DNA of 64,000 nt from an uncultured delta proteobacterium (GTDB taxonomy: Bacteria; Desulfobacterota; Binatia; UBA9968): contig CAVUVW010000014.1 of assembly GCA_963745035.1 (NCBI GenBank), forward strand, positions 288,001 to 352,000. The letters run 5' to 3'. The notes under the pieces are model-generated. The model made no database searches, had not been told where the DNA came from, and saw only the letters and a program-made list of their open reading frames with translations. The position numbers and the translations under genes are program-made. Shown here one piece after another: positions 56,609-64,000 of this stretch. Each line of letters begins with the position of its first letter. Position 1 is the stretch's first letter.

Positions 56609-57922
56609 ATGAGAACGCTAACAATTGTAAGTTGCTTCCTTTTTCTCGGCTGCGGTTCGGAACTGGCCGCGCCGCCGGCGGCCAATCGGGCAGTTCCTCT
56701 CGCCTTCGGACCGGAGATCGCTATCGGCGAACCCGAGGCGAATCCTTCGACACCGTTTCTGCGCCACTCGCCGGACGGACGACTGTTTGCCGTCTGGACC
56801 GAAGACCACGAGACACCTTGGCCACAAGGAAAGCACTCCGCAGGTGGCCACGCGCACATGAAGGGCGACCGAGCGCCATCGCCGATGCGCAACGCTTTTA
56901 TCGCTTCATCGAGCGACAACGGAAAGAGCTGGGCGCCACGGCGGCGGGTGAATAGCGAAGTCGAGGCAGTTCAAGGCGAGGAAAACGGACCTAAGGTCGC
57001 CTTTGACTCCAATAACCGCGCCTACGTCGTCTGGTCCATTCCCGGTGGCAAAGGCGACAAGACGCGCGCAAATATTCGCTTCGCCATGGAAGACAGTAAC
57101 GGCAACTTCACACCGGCCCGAACCTTGAACGAGGTCAAAGACGCCGGCCGCTTTCCGATCATTGAAGCCATGCCCGACGGCAACTTCTTGATCGCCTGGA
57201 TCGACCGCCGGATAGACAACCCAAAGCCACGCCAGCTCTATCTGATGAAGATGGGCGCCACCGGAGAATCGTTGACGAAGAACTACCAAGCCGGCGAAGG
57301 CCTGTGCGAATGCTGTAAACTGGGCTTTGCCTTCGCCGCCGGCGGTAAGACGGTTTACATGGTCGATCGCGAGGTGGATGAAAGTAAAATTCGCAATCAC
57401 GTGCTGCGCAAGTCCACCGACGGTGCCGCCACCTTCGGCGCGCCTGTGGAAATCAGCAACGACGGCTGGCAGGTGCCCTCGTGCCCGCACTCCGGGCCGA
57501 GCATCGGCCGCGACAGCCGTGGCTGGCTCCACGTCGTGTGGTTCACTCTGGGCCGCACCGAAAAGGAAGCGGGAATTTACTACAGCGTGTCGAGAGACGA
57601 CGGCAAAAGCTTCGCGCCGCGCCGGTTAGTCCATGCCAATGCGGCGCCGGAAATTCTCTATGCCAATCTCACCGTCGGTCTCGACGATACGGTCTATCTG
57701 GCCTGGAGTAATTTGGACAAGACCAGCAGAGCACAAATTTTTATGCGCACGATATCGGCCGACGGCCGGACATGGAGCGCCATCCAGCAAGTGAGTAACG
57801 CGAAAGGCAACGCCAGCCGGCCGGTTTTAGCGCTCCGAAACGATCAGTTGCACGTCGCCTGGACCGAAACCGACAGCGAGGACTCGCGAGTTGTCATGAG
57901 AAACGCGGCGGTAAGCCGATGA
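56609..57922 (+). CDS. BNR/Asp-box (sialidase-like) beta-propeller lipoprotein
   Basis: FLGC lipobox, Asp boxes SSDNGKSW, STDGAATF, SRDDGKSF; CECC and CPHSGP. Confidence 0.85.
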   Translation: MRTLTIVSCFLFLGCGSELAAPPAANRAVPLAFGPEIAIGEPEANPSTPFLRHSPDGRLFAVWTEDHETPWPQGKHSAGGHAHMKGDRAPSPMRNAFIASSSDNGKSWAPRRRVNSEVEAVQGEENGPKVAFDSNNRAYVVWSIPGGKGDKTRANIRFAMEDSNGNFTPARTLNEVKDAGRFPIIEAMPDGNFLIAWIDRRIDNPKPRQLYLMKMGATGESLTKNYQAGEGLCECCKLGFAFAAGGKTVYMVDREVDESKIRNHVLRKSTDGAATFGAPVEISNDGWQVPSCPHSGPSIGRDSRGWLHVVWFTLGRTEKEAGIYYSVSRDDGKSFAPRRLVHANAAPEILYANLTVGLDDTVYLAWSNLDKTSRAQIFMRTISADGRTWSAIQQVSNAKGNASRPVLALRNDQLHVAWTETDSEDSRVVMRNAAVSR

Positions 57923-58504
57923 ACACACGAATGACTCAGCGAAACCAGCCGCCTGGCGTGCGATATCGCGCCACTGGCAACATTGTGCTGCGCCGTCCTG
58001 TTGATATCGGCAGCGTCGACCGCGTGGTCGCAACACAATCATCACACCGGCCAGTCCGCCGCGCCGGTAGTCGGCGGCCCAGCGGTACCGTTCGAGCTCA
58101 AGTCACTCGATGGCAAACCGGTCGGCCTTTCAACCTTCCGCGGCAAACCGCTGGTCGTAAATTTCTTCGCCAGTTGGTGCGACCCCTGCCGCGAAGAAAT
58201 GCCATTGATCAACGATCTGGCGTCCAAAGGCGCCAAAGACGGTTACAGCGTGCTCGGCATCGCGGTCGAGGACAGCCGCGCGGCCGTAACAGAATTCGCT
58301 AAAGAGTCCAAGCTCGTTTTCCCCGTCGCCCTCGATTTGAACAGCACCGTCAAGCGCGCCTACCGCATCTTCGGTCCACCGGCGACTTTCTTTATCGACG
58401 GGCAGGGCATCATCCGCGATGTGGTTCTCGGCCCAATCACGCCCGACCGTGCTCGCGCGGCGATGAAGAAAATCAGTGATGAACGATGGATGGAAAAAAG
58501 GTAG
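57919..58504 (+). CDS. TlpA/ResA-family thiol-disulfide oxidoreductase (5' frameshift likely)
   Basis: VNFFASWCDPCREEMP, PATFFID; ATG 57919 overlaps the upstream stop; mature N-term QHNHH. Confidence 0.88.
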
Positions 58505-58638
58505 AATCCGCGGGCCATCGCGACCTGGATAGCGCCGCCGCTGAGGCGGTCAAAAAGTGGCTATTCGAGCCTGCCCGGGCGGGAAAAACACCGGTTGCCG
58601 TCTGGGTCTTACTCCCAGTTAAATTTGAGCTAGAATAG
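58486..58638 (+). pseudogene. Isolated TonB C-terminal fragment (50 aa)
   Basis: MDGKKVESAGHRDLDSAAAEAVKKWLFEPARAGKTPVAVWVLLPVKFELE. Confidence 0.7.
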
Positions 58639-58655
58639 CACACGCCCGGTCTTTC

Positions 58656-59606
58656 ATGAGAAAAACATTTTTCAGATACTTGCTGGTCACTACTTCGGTG
58701 GGGATCGTGCTGGTGGCATTGAATGTGCCAGCCGGTGCACAGTCCGTGGACTTTAATGGAAGGTCTCCAGTAGACGTCGTCAAGGCCTATCTCCGGGCGA
58801 TGCATGCCCGCGACTTTGATACTGCTTATGGCTACGTCTCCGCCAGCGATCGCAGGGTGCGCGGAAAGGGCACCTATCTTCGCTCTCATGAAAATTTCAT
58901 TGGCTTTGCCCTGGATCTCGCCAGGCGGCTCGCCACAGGCATGGAAGTATGGGCAATCAAACAGCAACTCGGGTCGTCGAAGACTCATCTTGAAATCGGG
59001 TATCGCGCGCCAACAGCCGATGAGCTGGCCTTGCAGCTTCTCGATTGGGATCCCGCCAAGCTCAACGCGCTTTCACCCGCTCAGCAATCCGCGCTGTTCG
59101 GAGCTCTCTCCAAGCTCCAAAGCAGCGGGAAGATGATCACCATCGAAGGTCGTGAAAACTTCGACTTGGTGCGAGAACGGGAGGGTTGGAGAATCTTCTT
59201 CGATTGGCAGGCGCACCACCGAATTGTTTTCAAGAGCACCCAGGCCGATCGTCAGGATTTGACGGTACGGTTTTTGCGCAACGATCTTTTCGTTAAACGC
59301 GAAGAGCCCTTTCAAGTAGACCTCGCCGTCACCAACCGTACGGACCGTGCGATTGTCGTAAAACTCAATCATCTTTTCGCACCACGCCAAATAGAGAAAA
59401 ATATCGATATGATCGCCTGCGGCTCCCTTGGGCCCTTGCACCTTCAGCCGCACGAGATTCGGAAGATCTCCAGCGTCTATCTCTTGCGCGGCGCTTTATC
59501 CGACGAAGCGCCGATTGGAATCATTTATGACTTCAATGTCACGCATCCACCGGACAAGAGATTTGCACGCCTGAAAGATCAAACAATGAGGCAACAGTGG
59601 CGCTGA
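58656..59606 (+). CDS. Exported protein: NTF2-like N-domain plus Cox11/CtaG-like C-domain (paralog 1)
   Basis: AYLRAMHARDFDTAYGYVSASDR; WRIFFDW; LNHLFAP..NIDMIACG..LQPHE. Confidence 0.65.
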   Translation: MRKTFFRYLLVTTSVGIVLVALNVPAGAQSVDFNGRSPVDVVKAYLRAMHARDFDTAYGYVSASDRRVRGKGTYLRSHENFIGFALDLARRLATGMEVWAIKQQLGSSKTHLEIGYRAPTADELALQLLDWDPAKLNALSPAQQSALFGALSKLQSSGKMITIEGRENFDLVREREGWRIFFDWQAHHRIVFKSTQADRQDLTVRFLRNDLFVKREEPFQVDLAVTNRTDRAIVVKLNHLFAPRQIEKNIDMIACGSLGPLHLQPHEIRKISSVYLLRGALSDEAPIGIIYDFNVTHPPDKRFARLKDQTMRQQWR

Positions 59607-60502
59607 GGCAGCATCATCACAAGCCAGTCCTCATTAGGCTCGGGATTTTCTCGCAACTGCTGCTGGCTCTGGCGCTCGGGGCTATGAGTAACCGGCCCGC
59701 TTGCGCGTCCGAGGAACCCGCAAAGGTTGTCGAAGCCTATGTGCGCGCGACCTATGCGCGTGACTTTGTCGAAGCGTATCGCTTTATTTCCGCCGATGAC
59801 CGCAAGGCGATGAACGTCAATCGTTATGTTCAGCAGCGCGGCGCCTTCAGCGGCTTCATTCTCGAGGCGGCGAAAAAGCTCAGCGAAGCGGTTGAGATTC
59901 ATCCCTTGAAGCAGCAAGCTCGGGGTAACCGCATGGATCTCTTGGTCAAGTACCGGGTTCCTGATACCAAGAAGATCGCGCCTGTTCTTTTGAATTGGGA
60001 TACGTACCAGTTGAATTCATTGAATCCCGTCGATCGAAAACAACTCCTTGCCACCTTGGAAAAGAAACGACGTGATCGCTCTCTGGAGATGATAGAGGGC
60101 GAAGTCAATTTCGAGCTGGTCAAAGAAGGCAGCGACTGGAGAGTGTTTTTGAACTGGGCTTCCGGCGTTAAGATACCCCTGCGACTTGATCTATCCCAGG
60201 CCGCCGATCTGGACGTGTCTATTTCGCAGCCGGAGGTCATGGTTCAGCCCGGTGAAATCTTTGACATAGTTCTTAAGGTCAAAAACAAAACCAAGGAGCC
60301 CATCACGGCGCGCATCGGCCATTTGGTCGAGCCGCAAGCTCATGCCGACTATTTGGACTTCGTTCAGTGCGGTTTTCTCTTGCCGGTGACGATTCCGCCA
60401 GAAAAAGAAGAACAGTACTTCGGCACTTACATGGTCCGTGGCAGCCTTCCCGAAGGCGTGCGGCAACTAAGTTTGACGTATGATTTTCGCATTCTTCAGT
60501 AA
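59597..60502 (+). CDS. Exported protein: NTF2-like plus Cox11/CtaG-like (paralog 2)
   Basis: AYVRATYARDFVEAYRFISADDR; VQPGE..KNKT..IGHLVEP..YLDFVQCG. Confidence 0.7.
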   Translation: MALRQHHHKPVLIRLGIFSQLLLALALGAMSNRPACASEEPAKVVEAYVRATYARDFVEAYRFISADDRKAMNVNRYVQQRGAFSGFILEAAKKLSEAVEIHPLKQQARGNRMDLLVKYRVPDTKKIAPVLLNWDTYQLNSLNPVDRKQLLATLEKKRRDRSLEMIEGEVNFELVKEGSDWRVFLNWASGVKIPLRLDLSQAADLDVSISQPEVMVQPGEIFDIVLKVKNKTKEPITARIGHLVEPQAHADYLDFVQCGFLLPVTIPPEKEEQYFGTYMVRGSLPEGVRQLSLTYDFRILQ

Positions 60503-61100
60503 GGTTATCGCCGTCGGCGGCCTGTCGCTCGGGCTCCTCTTGCCAGCTTTTCTCTTCGCGCATGTTCCCGACACGCCAAAAAGTTCAAGCAAAAATACCA
60601 CCGCTGTTGGTGTTAGAGTGCTCGATTTTGTTCTGGTGAATCAAGACACTCAACGTCTCGATTCGACGCAGCTCCGCGGCAAGGTGCTGGTGCTGAATTT
60701 TATCTTCACGACCTGCACAGATGTTTGCCCGCTATTCACGATGAATCTCGCCGCGCTTCAGCGCAACCTCAACGGTCGCTTCGGCGGTGATATTTTCTTC
60801 CTGAGCATAACCACCGACCCCGAAGTGGATTCGGCAAAGCATCTGAAAGCTTACGGCCAACGGCACGGCACCGATTTCAAGAATTGGGCATTCTTAACGG
60901 GCTCCGAAGCGCAATTGAAAGCGGTCTGGGACAGCTTCGGTATCACGGTCATCAAGAAGGGCCGCGGGTTGGTGCAGCACACGAGCCTCACCACCGTCAT
61001 CGACCGCCAGGGGGTTCGACGATTCAATTATCTCGGCGAGAAGTGGCGGATCCAAGATCTCGAAAGAGATCTCTTGACCTTGCTCGACAAGAAAGCTTGA
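60480..61100 (+). CDS. SCO1/SenC family protein
   Basis: FIFTTCTDVCP (CxxxC), SITTDPEVD, W.FLTG, VQHTS. Confidence 0.92.
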   Translation: MIFAFFSKVIAVGGLSLGLLLPAFLFAHVPDTPKSSSKNTTAVGVRVLDFVLVNQDTQRLDSTQLRGKVLVLNFIFTTCTDVCPLFTMNLAALQRNLNGRFGGDIFFLSITTDPEVDSAKHLKAYGQRHGTDFKNWAFLTGSEAQLKAVWDSFGITVIKKGRGLVQHTSLTTVIDRQGVRRFNYLGEKWRIQDLERDLLTLLDKKA

Positions 61101-61200
61101 TTTCTCCCAACGCAAATCTAGCGGCGACCCCGGTTTTATGGTTAATTGCTTTTGCCATGAGTTCGAGATTCCGATCGTCTAATCTGCGTCGAGGGGAAAA

Positions 61201-61776
61201 ATGAAGAATATCAGCCGCTGGATGCTCGCAGGACTTTTCGTCGCGCTCACGCTGGCTCCAAGTCGCGTAAGCCTGGAAATATCCGCCCACGCGCAGGATG
61301 CCCCTTTCGATAACAAGAAGATCGTCCCCTTTGTTCCCTCGCCGCAGGAAGTCGTCGATAAGATGATCGAGTTGGCGGGCGTAAAAAAGGGCGATGTCGT
61401 CTACGATATGGGCTCGGGTGACGGCCGCATCGTCATCGCCGCGGCCAAAAAAGGCGCTCGCGCCGTCGGCTTCGAGATCGACGGCGATCTCGTGAAAGAG
61501 TCGCGCGAAAATATTCGCAAGGCCGGCGTGGAGAACCTGGCGGAGATCCGCCAGCAGGACATTCTCACCGTCGATTTTGCTCCCGCGTCGGTGGTGACCA
61601 TGTATCTTTTGCCCGACGTCAATTTGAAGCTCAAACCAAATCTGTTGAAGCAGCTCAAACCGGGCTCCCGCTTGGTCTCGCATTCCTTCGACATGGGCGA
61701 TTGGAAGCCCGACAAGGTCGAGCGCGTGGACGGCCGCACGATCAATTTTTGGACTATTCCCGCCAAGAAAAAGTAG
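61201..61776 (+). CDS. Class I SAM-dependent methyltransferase with signal peptide
   Basis: SAHA-QD cleavage site, VPFVPSP, YDMGSGDGRIV, VTMYLL, RLVSHSF. Confidence 0.88.
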   Translation: MKNISRWMLAGLFVALTLAPSRVSLEISAHAQDAPFDNKKIVPFVPSPQEVVDKMIELAGVKKGDVVYDMGSGDGRIVIAAAKKGARAVGFEIDGDLVKESRENIRKAGVENLAEIRQQDILTVDFAPASVVTMYLLPDVNLKLKPNLLKQLKPGSRLVSHSFDMGDWKPDKVERVDGRTINFWTIPAKKK

Positions 61777-61818
61777 CGCGTTGGGTATTCGCGGAGATTT
61801 TTTAACTTAACTGAGCGA

Positions 61819-62706
61819 ATGCCCGCCGCCATTAAAAGGTCGCTGCTTTTCCTGATCAGCGTCGCGCTCCTGGCCGCGCCGCTGTTCTTTTGGTTCGGCG
61901 TTGAGAGCCGCCAAGAGGAGCCGCTCGACACGCTGGCGAAGTATTTGAAAGTCCTTTACGCCCGGGATTTCCGCCAGGCGTATCGTTTCATCTCCGCCGC
62001 GGACCGCGAGCTGAAAAGCCGCAGCGACTACGTGCGCGAGCGCGGCGCGTTTCACGGGCTTGCACTCGACGCCGCGCGCAAGCTTTCGGATCTCATCGAA
62101 GTTTATCCCGTAAAGCAGGATGTTGATGGAGCGCGCAATCGAGTGACAGTCGCTTTGAAGCTTCCCGACGCCAATGCCGTCGGCGATTTACTTCTCGACT
62201 GGGACGAGCGGCGGCTCGCTGACTTGCCGGTGTCCGAGCAGAAAAAGCTGCTCGCGCGCATCGAACAGCTCGTGCGCGACGATCAGGTGCCGATGATCGA
62301 AGGTGAGGAAGAATTCGTGCTGGTTCAGGAAGGGTCCCAATGGAAAATTTTTCTCGATTGGGCCGCCGGCGTTCAGGTCAAGTTCGCCACCACACTGCCG
62401 TCGAATGGCGCGCTGGCGGCGGAACCGGTGAGCAAAGAAACCGTCGTTCGCTCGGGCGATCTCTTCACGGTGGGCTTCAAAGTAAAGAATCCAGGGAAGA
62501 ATGAAATTCTGACCCGCATCGTTCACCGGGTGGAGCCTAAAGAAATGACCGAATACTTGGATCTTGTGGAGTGCGCGTTGCTGCTGCCGGTGCGCCTGCG
62601 CCCTGGCGAAGAGCAGATTTTCAACAGTACCTACATCGTGCGCGGCGATCTCCCTGACGGCGCCAAATCCATCGCTGTGAATTATGAATTCCAAATCGAA
62701 AATTAA
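61819..62706 (+). CDS. Exported protein: NTF2-like plus Cox11/CtaG-like (paralog 3)
   Basis: YLKVLYARDFRQAYRFISAADR; IVHRVEP..YLDLVECA..LRPGEE. Confidence 0.7.
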   Translation: MPAAIKRSLLFLISVALLAAPLFFWFGVESRQEEPLDTLAKYLKVLYARDFRQAYRFISAADRELKSRSDYVRERGAFHGLALDAARKLSDLIEVYPVKQDVDGARNRVTVALKLPDANAVGDLLLDWDERRLADLPVSEQKKLLARIEQLVRDDQVPMIEGEEEFVLVQEGSQWKIFLDWAAGVQVKFATTLPSNGALAAEPVSKETVVRSGDLFTVGFKVKNPGKNEILTRIVHRVEPKEMTEYLDLVECALLLPVRLRPGEEQIFNSTYIVRGDLPDGAKSIAVNYEFQIEN

Positions 62707-63307
62707 CGGGTGGATTGCGGCTTTTGTGCTTGGCGCAGCATCCCTGTCCGCGACGAGCTCAGCGCATGTTCCGCTACCGCCCAGAGAACCGAGCGACATC
62801 GGCCGGCGTGTGGTCAACAAGCCTGTGCCGGACTTCAAGCTCACCGATCAAGACGACAGGCCGTTTCAATTCGCCGGCGCGCGCGGCAAGGTTGTTCTCG
62901 TAACTTTTGTCTTCACCACCTGCCCGGACGTCTGCCCGCTTTTCACGGCCAACTTCGCCGGCATCCAGCAGCGGCTCAACGAGAAGAAGATAACCGACTA
63001 CCTGCTGCTCACGATCACCACCGACCCCGAGCGCGACAGCGCCGCGGTCCTAAAAGAATACGCCGGCCGCTTCAAAGCCGACTTGAAGCGCTGGTCATTC
63101 CTCACCGGCGCACGCGCCGAATTGAGCAAAGTGTGGAAGATTTTCGGCGTCAACGTGGTCAAAACCGACTCCGGACAAGTGCAGCACACATCGTTCACGA
63201 CCCTCGTCGATCGCCAAGGCAGACGCCGCGTCGATTATTACGGCGACAAGTGGCGGGAGAAGGAGGTTCTCAAGGATATCGAATGGCTGCGCGCGGAGAA
63301 GCCGTAA
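62684..63307 (+). CDS. SCO1/SenC family protein
   Basis: FVFTTCPDVCP, TITTDPERD, WSFLTG, VQHTS. Confidence 0.92.
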   Translation: MNSKSKINGWIAAFVLGAASLSATSSAHVPLPPREPSDIGRRVVNKPVPDFKLTDQDDRPFQFAGARGKVVLVTFVFTTCPDVCPLFTANFAGIQQRLNEKKITDYLLLTITTDPERDSAAVLKEYAGRFKADLKRWSFLTGARAELSKVWKIFGVNVVKTDSGQVQHTSFTTLVDRQGRRRVDYYGDKWREKEVLKDIEWLRAEKP

Positions 63308-63413
63308 GAACTGAAGTGATGGAGTGTCGGAGTAATGCTCAACCCGGCACTTTATTATCAGCCACGCCTAGGTTGTCTAACGAAGCACATACACGCATGA
63401 AAGAATTTCGTTC

Positions 63414-63992
63414 ATGCTGAGCCCGTCGAAGCATTCCTCGGCCCTTTTCGGTGCTTTGCTTTTTTTTGCCTCCTACCTCGTCGCCGATGTGGCAAACACC
63501 GCTGAGCGCGCTCAAGGCGTCTTGGAAATCCGGATCAAAGACCACCGCGACGCCATCGGCGACTTCGCCAAGCTTAATATCAATATCGATAAGATCCTGA
63601 TCAGCCCGAACGTTGGGCTGAAGGTCTGGCAAACCGGTTGGCAAGAACTCACCGCTTCACCCGACACGGTCGATCTGACGAAGTACATTGGCAAGACCAC
63701 AGCCAAAGTATTTCGCTCGAACATCGATGCAGGACCGTTCGATGCCTTTCATTTGAAGCTCAAGAGCATCGACGCCGTGCTCAAAAAAAACCAGAAAAGC
63801 GCACCGGTTAAAAATACGCTCGGGCCGGTGAAGCTCACCTTCGATGTTCCTCCAAAAGGCGAAACAATCCTGGTGATCGACCTGACCGTGGTGGATTTAT
63901 CCGACCACCCGCCGCGCGGCTATGAGCTGGGAATCCGCGGCTACGAGCTCTACACCAACGGCAAGCTCATCGGTAGAATCCCGCCGAATTAA
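63414..63992 (+). CDS. Exported DUF4382-like beta-sandwich protein
   Basis: Signal-like N-term, G.LEIRIKDH, TVDLT, IDLTVVD; SDHPP. Confidence 0.6.
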   Translation: MLSPSKHSSALFGALLFFASYLVADVANTAERAQGVLEIRIKDHRDAIGDFAKLNINIDKILISPNVGLKVWQTGWQELTASPDTVDLTKYIGKTTAKVFRSNIDAGPFDAFHLKLKSIDAVLKKNQKSAPVKNTLGPVKLTFDVPPKGETILVIDLTVVDLSDHPPRGYELGIRGYELYTNGKLIGRIPPN

Positions 63993-64000
63993 GTGGAAGC

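Overview
GC-rich bacterial chromosome segment. Gene content (many orphan solute-binding proteins, amidohydrolases, VOC enzymes, REP-like repeats) suggests Candidatus Binatia or a similar deltaproteobacteria-like lineage; this is an inference to be checked with the 16S. Layout: 1-38 kb is catabolic and transport genes with a small lower-GC DUF2075 nuclease-helicase insert. 38.6-44.3 kb is a complete rRNA operon on the minus strand (16S, tRNA-Ile, tRNA-Ala, 23S, 5S). 44.3-49.4 kb is the core block zapB-like, zapA, candidate 6S RNA, 5-formyl-THF cyclo-ligase, rny, ymdB-like, tyrS. 49.5-64 kb is a NikR-headed metal-handling cluster. Two signals stand out. (1) Three genes split in the ORF track rejoin at in-frame UGA codons that fall in Cys-type motifs and are each followed by a bacterial SECIS-like hairpin: a class III adenylate cyclase with an N-terminal CxxC...CxxU domain, a peroxiredoxin-like protein with HxxU, and an AhpD-like protein with CxxU. 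(2) The NikR cluster combines a His-motif TonB-dependent receptor and many His-rich proteins with a His-rich RAPP-motif leader peptide, two SCO proteins and three Cox11/CtaG-like paralogs carrying H-x15-C instead of CFC; it may be an undescribed periplasmic nickel trafficking relay built from copper-chaperone folds. Many single-base frameshifts point to assembly indel errors rather than true pseudogenes.
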